From: Octopus bimaculoides | Lineage: Eukaryota | DNA: 39,920 nt | Assembly: GCF_001194135.2 (NCBI RefSeq) | Contig: NC_068987.1 | Coordinates: 37,592,893 to 37,632,812 of the forward strand | Reading direction: 5' to 3' | Shown here: positions 22,937 to 34,279 of the stretch, piece by piece | How positions within the stretch are numbered: position 1 is the stretch's first letter | Layout of the letters: every line of letters starts with the position of its first letter | Notes under the pieces: generated by a model | What the model saw: the letters and a program-made list of their open reading frames with translations, nothing else | Told to the model about the DNA's origin: nothing | The model's database searches: none | Program-made: the position numbers and the translations under genes

Positions 22937-24699
22937 ACAGTACTTTGATAAACGTTTCATCATCTCTCTTTAATTGCTTGTGCACACTAACATTGGACCA
23001 TGGTTTTTAAGTTGTGTTGCATCGTGTGTTTGAACACATCAAGCACTTTTCATTTAATATGTGTCACGACCATATAGTTTCTTCTCTGGTAAGAGGAAAG
23101 CGGTTTAGGATCGTTTTTGCACCGGTGACATGATGCAGCTGTTTCTGTACAGAACCCTTTTGGTATTGAGTAGTTGGGCGCTGAGTAAAAATTTGTGCTT
23201 TTTTCTTCTTTCTTTCTTACAGAACAACAAATTTATTTTTACTGACTGGATATGAAGCGCTACAGAAGATAAAATGTATTGAGATATTCATAATTAACAA
23301 ATGGAAAACTTAATAAAACTACATATATGTTATATATCTTTATAAGTAATCTTTTATTTTATTATCTATAATAATCTTACATTATATACTTATGTCATGT
23401 AAAGGCTAATAATTCCATGTTTTTCTTTCTCTAGGTGTGCTTCTGTATGTGTGTCTGCCTTCAGTACCAACTTTTCTATTACCAAACGGCTAAACCGAAA
23501 GATCTGTACTCAATCGTCTCATTCAAACAGAAAGAGAGTAATTTCTGCCCCTCAAAAAACTTCAAGAGGACGAAAGGTTTGCTCTTAGTATATAATGGAT
23601 TATTCCGCTCTTCATTCACATTTTCCTCGATGTACTTTCATTTTATTTCATTTCTTGTTTCGTCAAACTTTTCAGTCATTTGGTGGATTTGTTAAGTTTA
23701 GTAGACTTGTTAAATGGCTGGACAAAATATCTTGCGGTTTTTAGTTCAAATGCCACCGAGATGCCTTCCATCCATTTGCTGTCAAATTCATAAAATTCAG
23801 GGTAGATTAAATCAAATGATATGACTATCTCCCAAGCCTATTCAAGCAATAAACTACAACTAAGAATCTAGTACTGGGGTGGATGTAACCCCTTCTCCCT
23901 TAAATTTCTGATCATATGCCAAAAGTTGACACATTGTTATTGTTGCTTTTATTGTTGTTGTTGTTGTAGTTGCTGTCATTATTACTGTCGTTGCTGCATG
24001 CGGTTCTTCGTTGCTGTGTTACTATCGACATTGCTGTGGTAGTGCCACTGTTGTCAAGACTATTTCTTCTCAGACCCTAGCTATTTCTATAGCTACATTT
24101 GTACAGACATACAAACAGGTATATAAAAATCATACAACACAAAAGGAAACAAATAGAAAAAGTCATGAAATGTTTAACGGCAGATTGTTGCTTTTGCTTA
24201 GTTTTTACTATATTTTTGTATGCATTTTATTTTTGTTTGATATTTATTACTTTACAGACATTTTGTTGTGCTGTTGTTGTTGTTGTTGTTGTTATTACTG
24301 GTATTGGCGTCCATGATTATGATGATCAGGATAATGGTGATGATGATGATGATGATGATGATGAACTTCTGGTTTCTGTATACTCCGTTTTAGTGCTATC
24401 TCTGTGTTTATTGTTGTTTAAACACAGGTCAATTCTGAGATTCAACAGATATGTGATCAAAGGCCTTTCAGCTGTGTCATTCTGTCTTTTTCTTGCATAA
24501 TACATCAAGGACTACGTCATTTAATGTGTCATTTCCTTTCTTTTTGAAGCTAATAGGATAGGATTTGAAAAGTTATTTGGTTACTATTTCTAACAAATAG
24601 AGCATGCATTGTCCCCCCACCCCTGAAACCAATTTTGTTCGCATCTTCCTCGATACTGTACATATAAAAAAAACATGGCAACCTCAAACATGAATGTGA

Positions 24700-25210
24700 T
24701 TAACTAGAGAATTCGTGATAGCTTCAAATGCTAGGCGTCTCCTGATGATCTTTCCTGGCGAATACAACTGACTTTTCTTTTCAGGGTCTTAAAGTACTTC
24801 TGCTCCATCAACGGTTAACCTTTACAACGCTCACATGAGACCTACCATGGGATACTGCTATTGTATTTGGGACAGTACTGATACTACAAACCCAGACCAC
24901 ATCTACATCCTACACCATACGACTGTTTGCCATGAAGTCGCAAATTTCAAACTCTTGTCCACATATGAACTGCCTCCTTTCTACCGTTACTATAATGGCC
25001 TCGGCTTCTCCTGAGACGAAGTGTCACTTCCACTCTGGCACTCTTGACTCATTCGTATTTCATCTACTCAATACCTGTTTTGAGACTAACTTCCAGGTGT
25101 CATGCTAACCACTACATACAATCTTTCCTACTTTGAACGTCATCCTCAGAATCCTTTCCCAGCACATGTCTTTCCTGCCGTCTTTCGCTGCAGCAGTTTC
25201 AGCGGAACAT
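24700..25210 (+). mobile_element. CR1/L2/Jockey-group LINE 3' RT remnant
   Basis: LYNAHMRPTMGYCYCIWDS from 24820 (cf. LYK..VRP.MEYC..IW) and FYRYYNG downstream; clade not resolvable by eye. Confidence 0.6.
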
Positions 25211-25799
25211 TGACTGCATCATTCTTACTTATTACTGGCTACCGATGGTGATGGTGTGCTGTTGCTTAGCCCCAACTGAGATCTGATCTCGAAAACTTAT
25301 AATCAGGGACACTACTTCAGAGACCATCTTATGTTTTTTGTTTTTTTTTGCCAGTCATGGTGTATATAGTACCAGAGGCGGTATTAGATACACCATGATA
25401 GATAAACTACGATACCTTACCGTATGTAATACAGAGTGAGATGAGGAATTGTTAGAGCTATGAGCAACTGCACTACCGTAGGTAATTTGTTCCAACTATG
25501 CAGTTTGACTTCACCGACACTGATACCAAATCATATCAGCCATTACCTTTCCCTTCGAAAACATGGGTGGCAACGTGGAGAGAGAAAATTTGGTGCATGT
25601 GCAAAAAATCAAAAAACAAACGAAAAACAACAAAAAAAAGTTAAATGTACTTAACTTGCCTCTGTCTGGAGAGGAACTTTACACGTGCAGATGTATACCC
25701 AACGCTGATCGACGAAGGTTTTACTGCAACTATAAATATTTCTGTTAAATATGAACTGTCGTTTTCTTGAAAGCTTGAACGTGCCTTTTTATTTTTTAT

Positions 25800-26000
25800 C
25801 TTTTACTTGTTTCAGTCATTTGACTGCACTCATGCTGGGGCACCGCCTTTGAATGGGTGTTTTTAGTCGTACTTTTTAAAAGCCTGTTACTTATTCTGCC
25901 GGTGTCTTTTGCCGAAACGCTACGTTACGGTGACGTAAACATGACAACACTGGTTGTAAAGCGGTGGCGGGGGACAAACACAGACACAAAGACACACATA
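25800..26000 (-). mobile_element. SINE family B, 3' body, followed by (CA)n at about 26013-26075
   Basis: TTTTACTTGTTTCAGTCATTTGACTGCACTCATGCTGGGGCACCGCC...GGGGACAAACACAGACAC. Confidence 0.85.
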
Positions 26001-26008
26001 CATTCACG

Positions 26009-26080
<72 letters not shown>

Positions 26081-26363
26081 ATTAAGATTCGGTTGAATTA
26101 GGTATTTAAATTGAGGCAGCTTGCTAGCTCGGTATAATCTGTACACCCCAATAATATTATTTGAATATTGAATATCAAGACTCCGTACTGGGGTATTTGT
26201 ACCCAATATTCCTGTCGTGCGTGTAGACAACGTGACCCAGCTAAGTGAAGATATCTGCTCTTGGTAATTCAGACATACTTTTTATAAAGGTGTTTCTTAT
26301 AGTAGCTCCGAAGTACAAATTCCAAGTTAAGTGAACAGAATATAGATAAGTAGCAAAGCAGTA

Positions 26364-27463
26364 CAGGTATCGATTCATTACGGCCGTTTCAAGCGGCTCC
26401 ATTTAATTGATTTATAAAAATATTACATCAGTTTGAAGAAAGAAAACCGTTCTCATCAGATGACCACGTAGACTTTAAACATAAAGAATAAACCATTTTT
26501 TAATAAATTTATATCGATAATGGAAGCCAAAATATCTACATTGCTTCCTTTTGTTATATCTGTGGCAGAATGAGTTTAGAAAATAGTTCTTTTTATTGCT
26601 TTAAAATATACTATGTACTTCTACCCATATGATAATCGAATTCTGTTATACATTCATTTTAGAATGTCTTTATCATGACCTTCTAAACAATATGCTTAGA
26701 ATATTCTTAATAGTTTTTCTTATATATTAAAGTATCTCATTATTAGGTTTTAAGCTTAATTTCTATCCTTATTCTATTTATTGATTTCTCAGTTTAATCT
26801 TATAATTTGCTGAGTTATAAATTACTACCTTCAGTTCTAATTTCCACCCTAAAGTTTATATTACTTATCTCGTGGTTTTTCATTATATTGTCCTTTATTT
26901 GATAATCTAAATAAGTATTGGCCACCCTTATCCTTCTTTCTTCCAGTTACAACCCCTTCCCCACCAGACATTCTCTTACTACCAACCTTGCAGCCTACCA
27001 TTTTATGTAGATAAAGCTAGATATATGGTTCCAGTACATTGGGAGTCTAGGAGATGGTCTGACATTAATTGATTTATCACTATTAACTAGAATGCAGTTG
27101 ACAACTCCCAATGGATTTAATTCTAAATGGTTATGTATACTACATAAAGTTTCTAAATATAACTACGTCACCACTCTTTTTATCCTGATCCCCACTATTT
27201 CCTCTGCTACTCTCTAAATTATAGTAGTCTTATCAAGGCATGCATTATTTTCTAAGCTCATTCGCCCACAGATATAACAAAAGGTAACAATGTAAATATT
27301 TTGGTTTCCATTACTGACGTAAATTTGTTAAAAAATGGTTTATCCTTTATGTTTGAAGTCAATGCGGTCATCTGCCGAGAACGGTTTCTTTCAAATTGAT
27401 GTAATGTTTTCATTAATCAATAAAACGATGCCACTTAAAACGGCCGTAATGACTTGACACCTG
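26364..27463. mobile_element. non-autonomous Tc1/mariner-type element (MITE-like) with ~220-bp terminal inverted repeats
   Basis: TA|CAGGTATCGATTCATTACGGCCGTTT... and ...AAACGGCCGTAATGACTTGACACCTG|TA. Arms 26364-26585 and 27246-27463 align as reverse complements over their length; TA flanks both ends; no ORF in the interior. Confidence 0.85.
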
Positions 27464-27480
27464 TACATCTTTGTTACTTA

Positions 27481-27651
27481 TATATATACGGTGGGCTTCT
27501 TTCAGTTTCCGTCTACCGAGTCCACTTATAAGACTTTGGTCGGCCCGAAGCTATAGTAGAACGCACTTACCCAAGGTGTCACGCAGTGGGAGGGAACCCG
27601 AAACCATGTAGTCGGGAAACAAGCTTCTTATCACACGGCCACACCTGTACT
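27481..27651 (-). mobile_element. SINE family B, tRNA-like 5' head with CORE-like segment
   Basis: Reverse complement GTGTGGCCGTGTGATAAGAAGCTTG...GGTTCCCTCCCACTGCGTGACACCTTGGGTAAGTG...GGAAACTGAAAGAAGCCC, ending in (TA)n. Confidence 0.85.
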
Positions 27652-29785
27652 GTGTCTTAATTTTTAGAAGATTTGTTTTAAAACAGAAGGATGTAATTAA
27701 ACAATTTTCTAAAGTGGTTAAGACGGAGCATAAGGAGGTTTGAGGTTGTGCGATGTACTTTGGGAAATTTTAAGAGAGTAGGATATGTATTTTTTCTTTA
27801 TTGTTATATATATTTTTTTCTTTCGGTAAGCAGTATGCCATAGTTTAAGATGTTTAAAGGCAGTAGAATTTCATTTGAGTGTTTTTAAGACAGTAAAATA
27901 TAGAATGAGTTATTTTAAGACAACAGGTGTAATTTAAAGTGAATTTAAGATGGTAGATGTGGGAACGTAGAGTCTCTCTTGTGAGCTGGTCCCTTGCACT
28001 ATTGTGGTTGTTGATGTTGTTACGTTCTTTATTATATACGTAGTTTTTGTAGTTTGTTTCTTCAAATTGCTGCTATTCCTGCACATGTTGTCTCTAACAG
28101 CTGAAGTTACTTTGACAGATGACATTGTTACTGAAATGACAGTGGCAAAAGATAGTGTTGACGACGATGGTTAAGGTGTTTGTGATGAGGAAAACGATGA
28201 TGGTAGCGTTGATGATGGTGGTGGTGATGGTGTTGCTGCTGATGATGATATTGCTGATGCATTATTACGCATCTGTTGTTGAAGATGATGATGATGATGA
28301 TGATGACGAAGATATGGAGGAGGATTTATTTGCTATTTTTGTTGTCTTAAAAGTGTTATATATTATTGTTTTAATAATAATGTTGTAGCTAACTTTTTGC
28401 AAATATTCTTGTTTCTATTACTAATGTCTAGTGTTGTTGCTATAAGTTCCATGGATGCCCTAGCTGATGCTATTGACAAATTACAGATAATGTCGTTGTT
28501 TGTGGTATTTTTCTCGATCCAAATGTTAAGTTAGTAGCAGTATTGCTAATTTTCGAATGTTCTGGTTACGTTGCTTCACTTGTGATTGTCATCGTTGCCA
28601 TAGCTATTGTCGTTACTTTTGCTGTCGGTGCTGCACTCCCACTGCTACGGTTGCTACTAGTGTTACTATTACAGAAGAAACAACCAGTATTACAGTCATT
28701 ATTTAAAGTTAGCATATCTCATTATAATCAGACTCTTCTCGTTGTTGATATCGTAGATACAGCAATTATAGCAATCGGTGTGACTTGTGATAATGTTGAA
28801 TGTTGTAGTTCTTGTTGTTTGTGTTGTAAAGGGTGGGAGTGGAGAGTGGCAGAGGGGAAGGCTAACCTAAATGAGAAACCATCGGTTTTCTTTCCCTCTT
28901 TGTTCTTCCAACAATAATAATTTCTATGAAAGAATCCACACCTTTTGCTGGTTAGTTGATCGTACCGATCCGGTGCATGATCAGTGCGTCATTTTATGAA
29001 CGCGATCAGAAGACATATAAATTCCACCTAGCTTGGATTTGAAACCACAAAGGGGCGTAATTAAATCAAACAAGGCATTCCATTTGGTTTGCAACCGAAT
29101 CTGCCATCTACTCCAATCTCAATTCCCAAATTCTTTAAACTTTATAATGTACTTATAATAATTTCTTCCCTTTTTTCTTCACTTGCCCACCTCCCCACTC
29201 CCGTTAATTTCCACTCTTCTTATTTTTCAATTTTCCTTTACACAGTTTTCCTTTTTTGCTATTTTCTCGTTTTGTTATGTCCCCACCCTGTTCTTGTTCT
29301 TGTTATCACGGTGATTTTGTTTACGTTTACTAAAAACTTGTTGCCTATCATTCACAGCGAGAGTGTGTATGCGTTTGCTTCTGTTATTTTTGTATGCTTT
29401 TACGTTTTTTTTTTTTATTATAAATATATGTGTATAAATATATATGNNNNNNNNNNNNNNNNNNNNNNNNNNNNNNNNNNNNNNNNNNNNNNNNNNNNNN
29501 NNNNNNNNNNNNNNNNNNNNNNNNNNNNNNNNNNNNNNNNNNNNNNNNNNNNNNNNNNNNNNNNNNNNNNNNNNNNNNNNNNNNNNNNNNNNNNNNNNNN
29601 NNNNNNNNNNNNNNNNNNNNNNNNNNNNNNNNNNNNNNNNNNNNNNNNNNNNNNNNNNNNNNNNNNNNNNNNNNNNNNNNNNNNNNNNNNNNNNNNNNNN
29701 NNNNNNNNNNNNNNNNNNNNNNNNNNNNNNNNNNNNNNNNNNNNNNNNNNNNNNNNNNNNNNNNNNNNNNNNNNNAACCCTATGG

Positions 29786-29813
29786 TTAGGGTTAGGGTTA
29801 GGGTTAGGGTTAG
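29786..29813 (+). repeat. short interstitial (TTAGGG)4 tract plus TTAG, next to an assembly gap
   Basis: TTAGGG x4 read directly. Confidence 0.9.
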
Positions 29814-29944
29814 CCTATAATAGAAAGGTTTATTAGCTACTGCCAATATGCTTCAGCCATTTTTTGACAAGGAAATAATAATTTTATCACCGATAGAATT
29901 GTTTCAGAATCGTTTGTTTATGTAGTCGGCACTTAATGTATATC

Positions 29945-30137
29945 GGCTGAATGGACGTCAGTGATTGGTTGAAATATACAGAAATACGACAACTTTAACA
30001 TGGAATAACTTAAGGATTTTTTTTTTTTTAAGAAGACTAAGAGAAAAAGATGTTTTATATGACACATTCTACCAGTGTTCCAAGTTTCAAAGTGTTTCGT
30101 TAAGAAAATACTGTGGCCCCCGTTTTAAAATAGATCC
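29945..30137 (+). repeat. unclassified interspersed repeat, copy A
   Basis: High-identity reverse complement of 34074-34279 (GACGTCAGTGATTGGTTGAAAT...ATGACACATTCTACCAGTG...CCCCGTTTTAAAATAGATCC). Confidence 0.85.
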
Positions 30138-30198
30138 CAGATTGTTATTATTATTATTGTTATTGTTATTATTATTGTTGTTGTTGTTATCATCATTA

Positions 30199-30710
30199 TT
30201 ATTGTAAATTCCGCCTGACAACTTCCCGGCATTTTCTCTTTCTATAGTTCTTTCGGGATTTACAGGATTTCTTCACACGCTGCATGTATTCTTGGCGCAT
30301 TTTGCAGCACTTCTCAAAATGGCTAGTGAATCTGGCCGCACATCGACCGATTTTGGGGAAAAGTTTCCCTAAGTATTGTCTTTTATGATAGTCGCTGCTT
30401 CTGTATGATGAATTACTGTCGCTGTTCGATAGATGTACATTCATACTGCACGCCAACTTTCGTCGTGCAACCTTCTTGCCCACACGACAACATTTCTGTG
30501 TATCAGGTATGAAGCCTCTGCGACTCAACGCATTATCGACATTCCGTTTCCTGTCTGGTGGTTTTGGTCTGGAATGCCGACGTCCTTCGCCCCCTTTTAA
30601 CGCACCGTCAAGACCGCCGCCGCCAGCACCACGCTGTATGTTCTTAAATGATTTGGAGCGAGTTCGGTTGTGGTAATGATCTCTTGCATGTGTAGGAACA
30701 TAACCGTACA
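30199..30710 (-). CDS. probable terminal coding exon of a host gene: basic Cys-rich protein with anaphylatoxin-like cysteine pattern
   Basis: Open frame of about 170 codons in non-repetitive, higher-GC sequence. Long pyrimidine tract and TTCCAG acceptor immediately upstream (AG at 30712-30711, phase 1); TAA stop at 30201-30199. Peptide contains CC-x12-C-x35-C-x10-CC plus C-x10-C. No TE motifs recognised. Confidence 0.7.
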
Positions 30711-31199
30711 CTGGAAAATAAATGAAGAAAAAATAGAAAAAATGAGTGAGAGAATAAATAAATGCAGAAATAAAAATCGTGGAATGAAATATAATTTATT
30801 GGTGAAAACAAGAAAGATGATAGATACAGGTGACAAGAAATACATTCTGGATGGCGTATAAGGGTAAGGAGAGAAAAAGATGAATGGTGGACAGAATAAT
30901 TGGGACAATAATAAACAATATTGTTTGTATTCTACATGTTTATGTTGTTACTGTTGTTGTTCTTCTTGCTACTTAACTTCAACTTAATTCCAATCACGGC
31001 AGTTTTATGATTAAAAATGTTCCACCTGAGCTCATTCCTTATCTAGGAGTGCCATCTTTAAGGCGCTGGTGTTAGAAATAAGGCTGGTGTCCAAGGACTA
31101 AAGCTGGTGAAGTGATGTCCTGAAAGTTTTTATGGTTTATATTGGGAACTCTTACAGAAGAATAATTATTTATAAAATAATTATTTCGGAAGCCTAAAA

Positions 31200-31450
31200 T
31201 CATCAACATAGTTGACATGACCAACCTATCACGATACATGGTGATGCACTCTTCAATACTGCCTTTTCCAGTTGTTGCAAGTCAGGTGTAACAGATTTCC
31301 AGCTCTTTTTCTGGTAAAATTTCGCAAGTATTTTAATATGTCGTTAAGACAGGAATCGGACCATGTCTCAGATGCGTACTGTAGGGATGTGGTGACCCAA
31401 GCATCATAACTGCGAGGCTCATAGTCTTCTCAATTCTCAAGTTGATTTCA
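31200..31450 (-). mobile_element. RTE-type LINE remnant
   Basis: RSYDAWVTTSLQYASETW (cf. R.Y.ACV...LLYGSETW). Confidence 0.5.
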
Positions 31451-32092
31451 GAATCTAGGGATCCATCCATGGATACAGCTGCCATGATACCACAAAAGAA
31501 TCTATGGCATCAAGTCCAATCCCTTTCAAGAATATATCTAGTTTTACACCCGTTTCCCTTGGAACAGATGTAAGCATCACCTACATTTTCTTCAAGCAAA
31601 TCTAAAAGCAGTATAGGCACTGGGGAACTGGTGCCTCATTTTCTGAATATTTCATACCAAGTGTGACACAAGATCACTCCTATTCGTCCGTGCACTCGCA
31701 GAAAATCGATTTACAAACGAAGTCCCTTCGAATAATTTGTTTTGCATCGGTTTCAGGTACTCTTTTTTCACTCTGTTTTTCAAGAAATATAGTGAATAAA
31801 CCAACTTTTAATAAATTGTATAAGCTGTTACCAGTGATGCTGTCGTTCACCAAGGACGATGTTAATATACCGGCGCAATAACTATCTTGTGATGTACAAA
31901 AACACTGCAAAAAGAGAAGTAAGGGATTGTTTGAAAAACCATAACTTAAATGGACTTGGCTGTTCCATAAAAAGATTTCCATAAAACGTGTATTATATTT
32001 TGAGTATTGAGGTCGATCTGATGATTAATTAAAGACACTTGAAAAGAAAAAATAAACAATAAAAGTTAACCCGAATATATGCATGTATGTTA

Positions 32093-32214
32093 GGGGTGGA
32101 TATTCAGTGTGTGAGTATATATGTGAGCATATGCATGTGTATGTATGTGTATACATATATATATTCACACACGCACACGCACACATGTGTACTCACACAC
32201 TGAATATCCACCTC
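32093..32214. mobile_element. 122-bp TA-flanked miniature inverted-repeat element / hairpin
   Basis: TA|GGGGTGGATATTCAGTGTGTGAGTA ... TACTCACACACTGAATATCCACCTC|TA; 25-bp arms with one mismatch. Confidence 0.7.
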
Positions 32215-32402
32215 TAATATATTTAATAATATACACACACATATATTCATACATATGCATGTATGTGTGTGTGTGTGTGTGTGTGTATTTATATATATTT
32301 CACACGCATAGACGCACTAACACTATATTTACTTAAGATTACATGCAATTACAGATCACACTACTAAAATACGGGGCTCACAGATACACAGACACAGACA
32401 TA

Positions 32403-32460
<58 letters not shown>

Positions 32461-33784
32461 NNNNNNNNNNNNNNNNNNNNNNNNNNNNNNNNNNNNNNNN
32501 NNNNNNNNNNNNNNNNNNNNNNNNNNNNNNNNNNNNNNNNNNNNNNNNNNNNNNNNNNNNNNNNNNNNNNNNNNNNNNNNNNNNNNNNNNNNNNNNNNNN
32601 NNNNNNNNNNNNNNNNNNNNNNNNNNNNNNNNNNNNNNNNNNNNNNNNNNNNNNNNNNNNNNNNNNNNNNNNNNNNNNNNNNNNNNNNNNNNNNNNNNNN
32701 NNNNNNNNNNNNNNNNNNNNNNNNNNNNNNNNNNNNNNNNNNNNNNNNNNNNNNNNNNNNNNNNNNNNNNNNNNNNNNNNNNNNNNNNNNNNNNNNNNNN
32801 NNNNNNNNNNNNNNNNNNNNNNNNNNNNNNNNNNNNNNNNNNNNNNNNNNNNNNNNNNNNNNNNNNNNNNNNNNNNNNNNNNNNNNNNNNNNNNNNNNNN
32901 NNNNNNNNNNNNNNNNNNNNNNNNNNNNNNNNNNNNNNNNNNNNNNNNNNNNNNNNNNNNNNNNNNNNNNNNNNNNNNNNNNNNNNNNNNNNNNNNNNNN
33001 NNNNNNNNNNNNNNNNNNNNNNNNNNNNNNNNNNNNNNNNNNNNNNNNNNNNNNNNNNNNNNNNNNNNNNNNNNNNNNNNNNNNNNNNNNNCAGGGGAGA
33101 GTACTGGTTGTGATGACCATATCAACGGTGAAAGAGTTTGTATGAGTACAGCAGGTGGAGAGCCTGGCCAGGGTGGTAGTGATAAGTGTATGTGTGTGTG
33201 TATGAGGTGGTATGAGGGCACTGCAGTCTTAAAGTGACATTCCTTTCTTGGCGGGGCGGGGTGGGGTGGGGGCGTACCACGGAGAGGATGGTAGTGGCGA
33301 TAGCGGTAGCGGTTACAGGGGTTGATAGTAGGGTGATATGGCTGATATTTTTGTTAACATAGTTTTGATTATACTCTTATTATTATTATTGCAGTTGTAG
33401 TTGTTTTTACTTCTATTGTTATTCATGTTCCTCTCTTGATGTTGTTGCTGTTGTTATTGTAGACATAGCTTTGATTTTATTCTTGTGTTGTGGTGTTGTA
33501 TTGTTTACTTCATTTTTTTAATGGTTATTGTTATTGTTCTGTATTTATAGGACTAAATTTTTTCCAATGCTACTTGAGTCGTTATTGATCTCTTCCCCCT
33601 CTCTTTCTTACATACATGCATGGATACATTAGCCTGTTATAACCAAAATACAACGGGTATGAAGAAAATGCCTGGTAGAACCCAGTATACATAGAGGGAT
33701 ATATTTTATGCATGTACTTGATGTAACATAAACTGAACAGTCTGATGCAACACAGTTAGGTGCACAATATACTACCCATAACAA

Positions 33785-33996
33785 GGCGGCCAGCTGGCAG
33801 AAACGTTAGCACGCCGGGTGAAACGCTTACCGGTATTTCGTCTGTCTTTACGTTCTGAGTTCAAATTCCTCCAAGGTCGACTTTGCCTTTCATCCTTTCG
33901 AGGTCGATAAATTAAGTACCAGTTGCATACTGTGGTTTATCTAATCGATCGCATCCCTCCCCAAAAGTTTCGGGCCTTGTGCCTAGAGTAGAAAAG
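33785..33996 (+). mobile_element. SINE family A, full length, with 18-bp target-site duplication
   Basis: AATATACTACCCATAACA (33766-33783) versus AATATCCTACCCATAACA (33997-34014); B box GTTCAAATTCC. Confidence 0.9.
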
Positions 33997-34073
33997 AATA
34001 TCCTACCCATAACAGACAGTTGCAAGATGGCTCGAAACGACCATCATACTGAATAATAACTAGTGCTAAATTC

Positions 34074-34279
34074 GGATCTATTTTAAAACGGGGGCGCCAG
34101 TATTTTCCTAACGAAACACTAACGAAACACTTTGAAACTTGGGACACTGGTAGAATGTGTCATATAAAACATCTTTTACTCTTAGTCTTCTTAACAAAAA
34201 AAAGGAATTCGCAAGTTATTCCATGTTAAAGTTGTCGTATTTCTGTAATTTCAACCAATCACTGACGTCTATTCAGCCC
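34074..34279 (-). repeat. unclassified interspersed repeat, copy B (inverted relative to 29945-30137)
   Basis: See copy A; has a local duplication of AACGAAACACT. Confidence 0.85.

Noticed and set aside
23710-23930. Additional very old SINE-A copy
   Set aside because: Only short scattered matches (GTTCAAATGCC, GCCTTCCATCC, GTACTGGGGT); likely real but too degraded to delimit.
29776-29813. Telomere-telomere fusion scar
   Set aside because: A fusion gives (TTAGGG)n followed by (CCCTAA)n; here a single CCCTA unit precedes TTAGGG, and the tract is only four units.
31680-31982. 100-aa minus-strand ORF as a gene
   Set aside because: No recognisable domain; only the 73-nt splice-bounded part is noted as a weak candidate exon.
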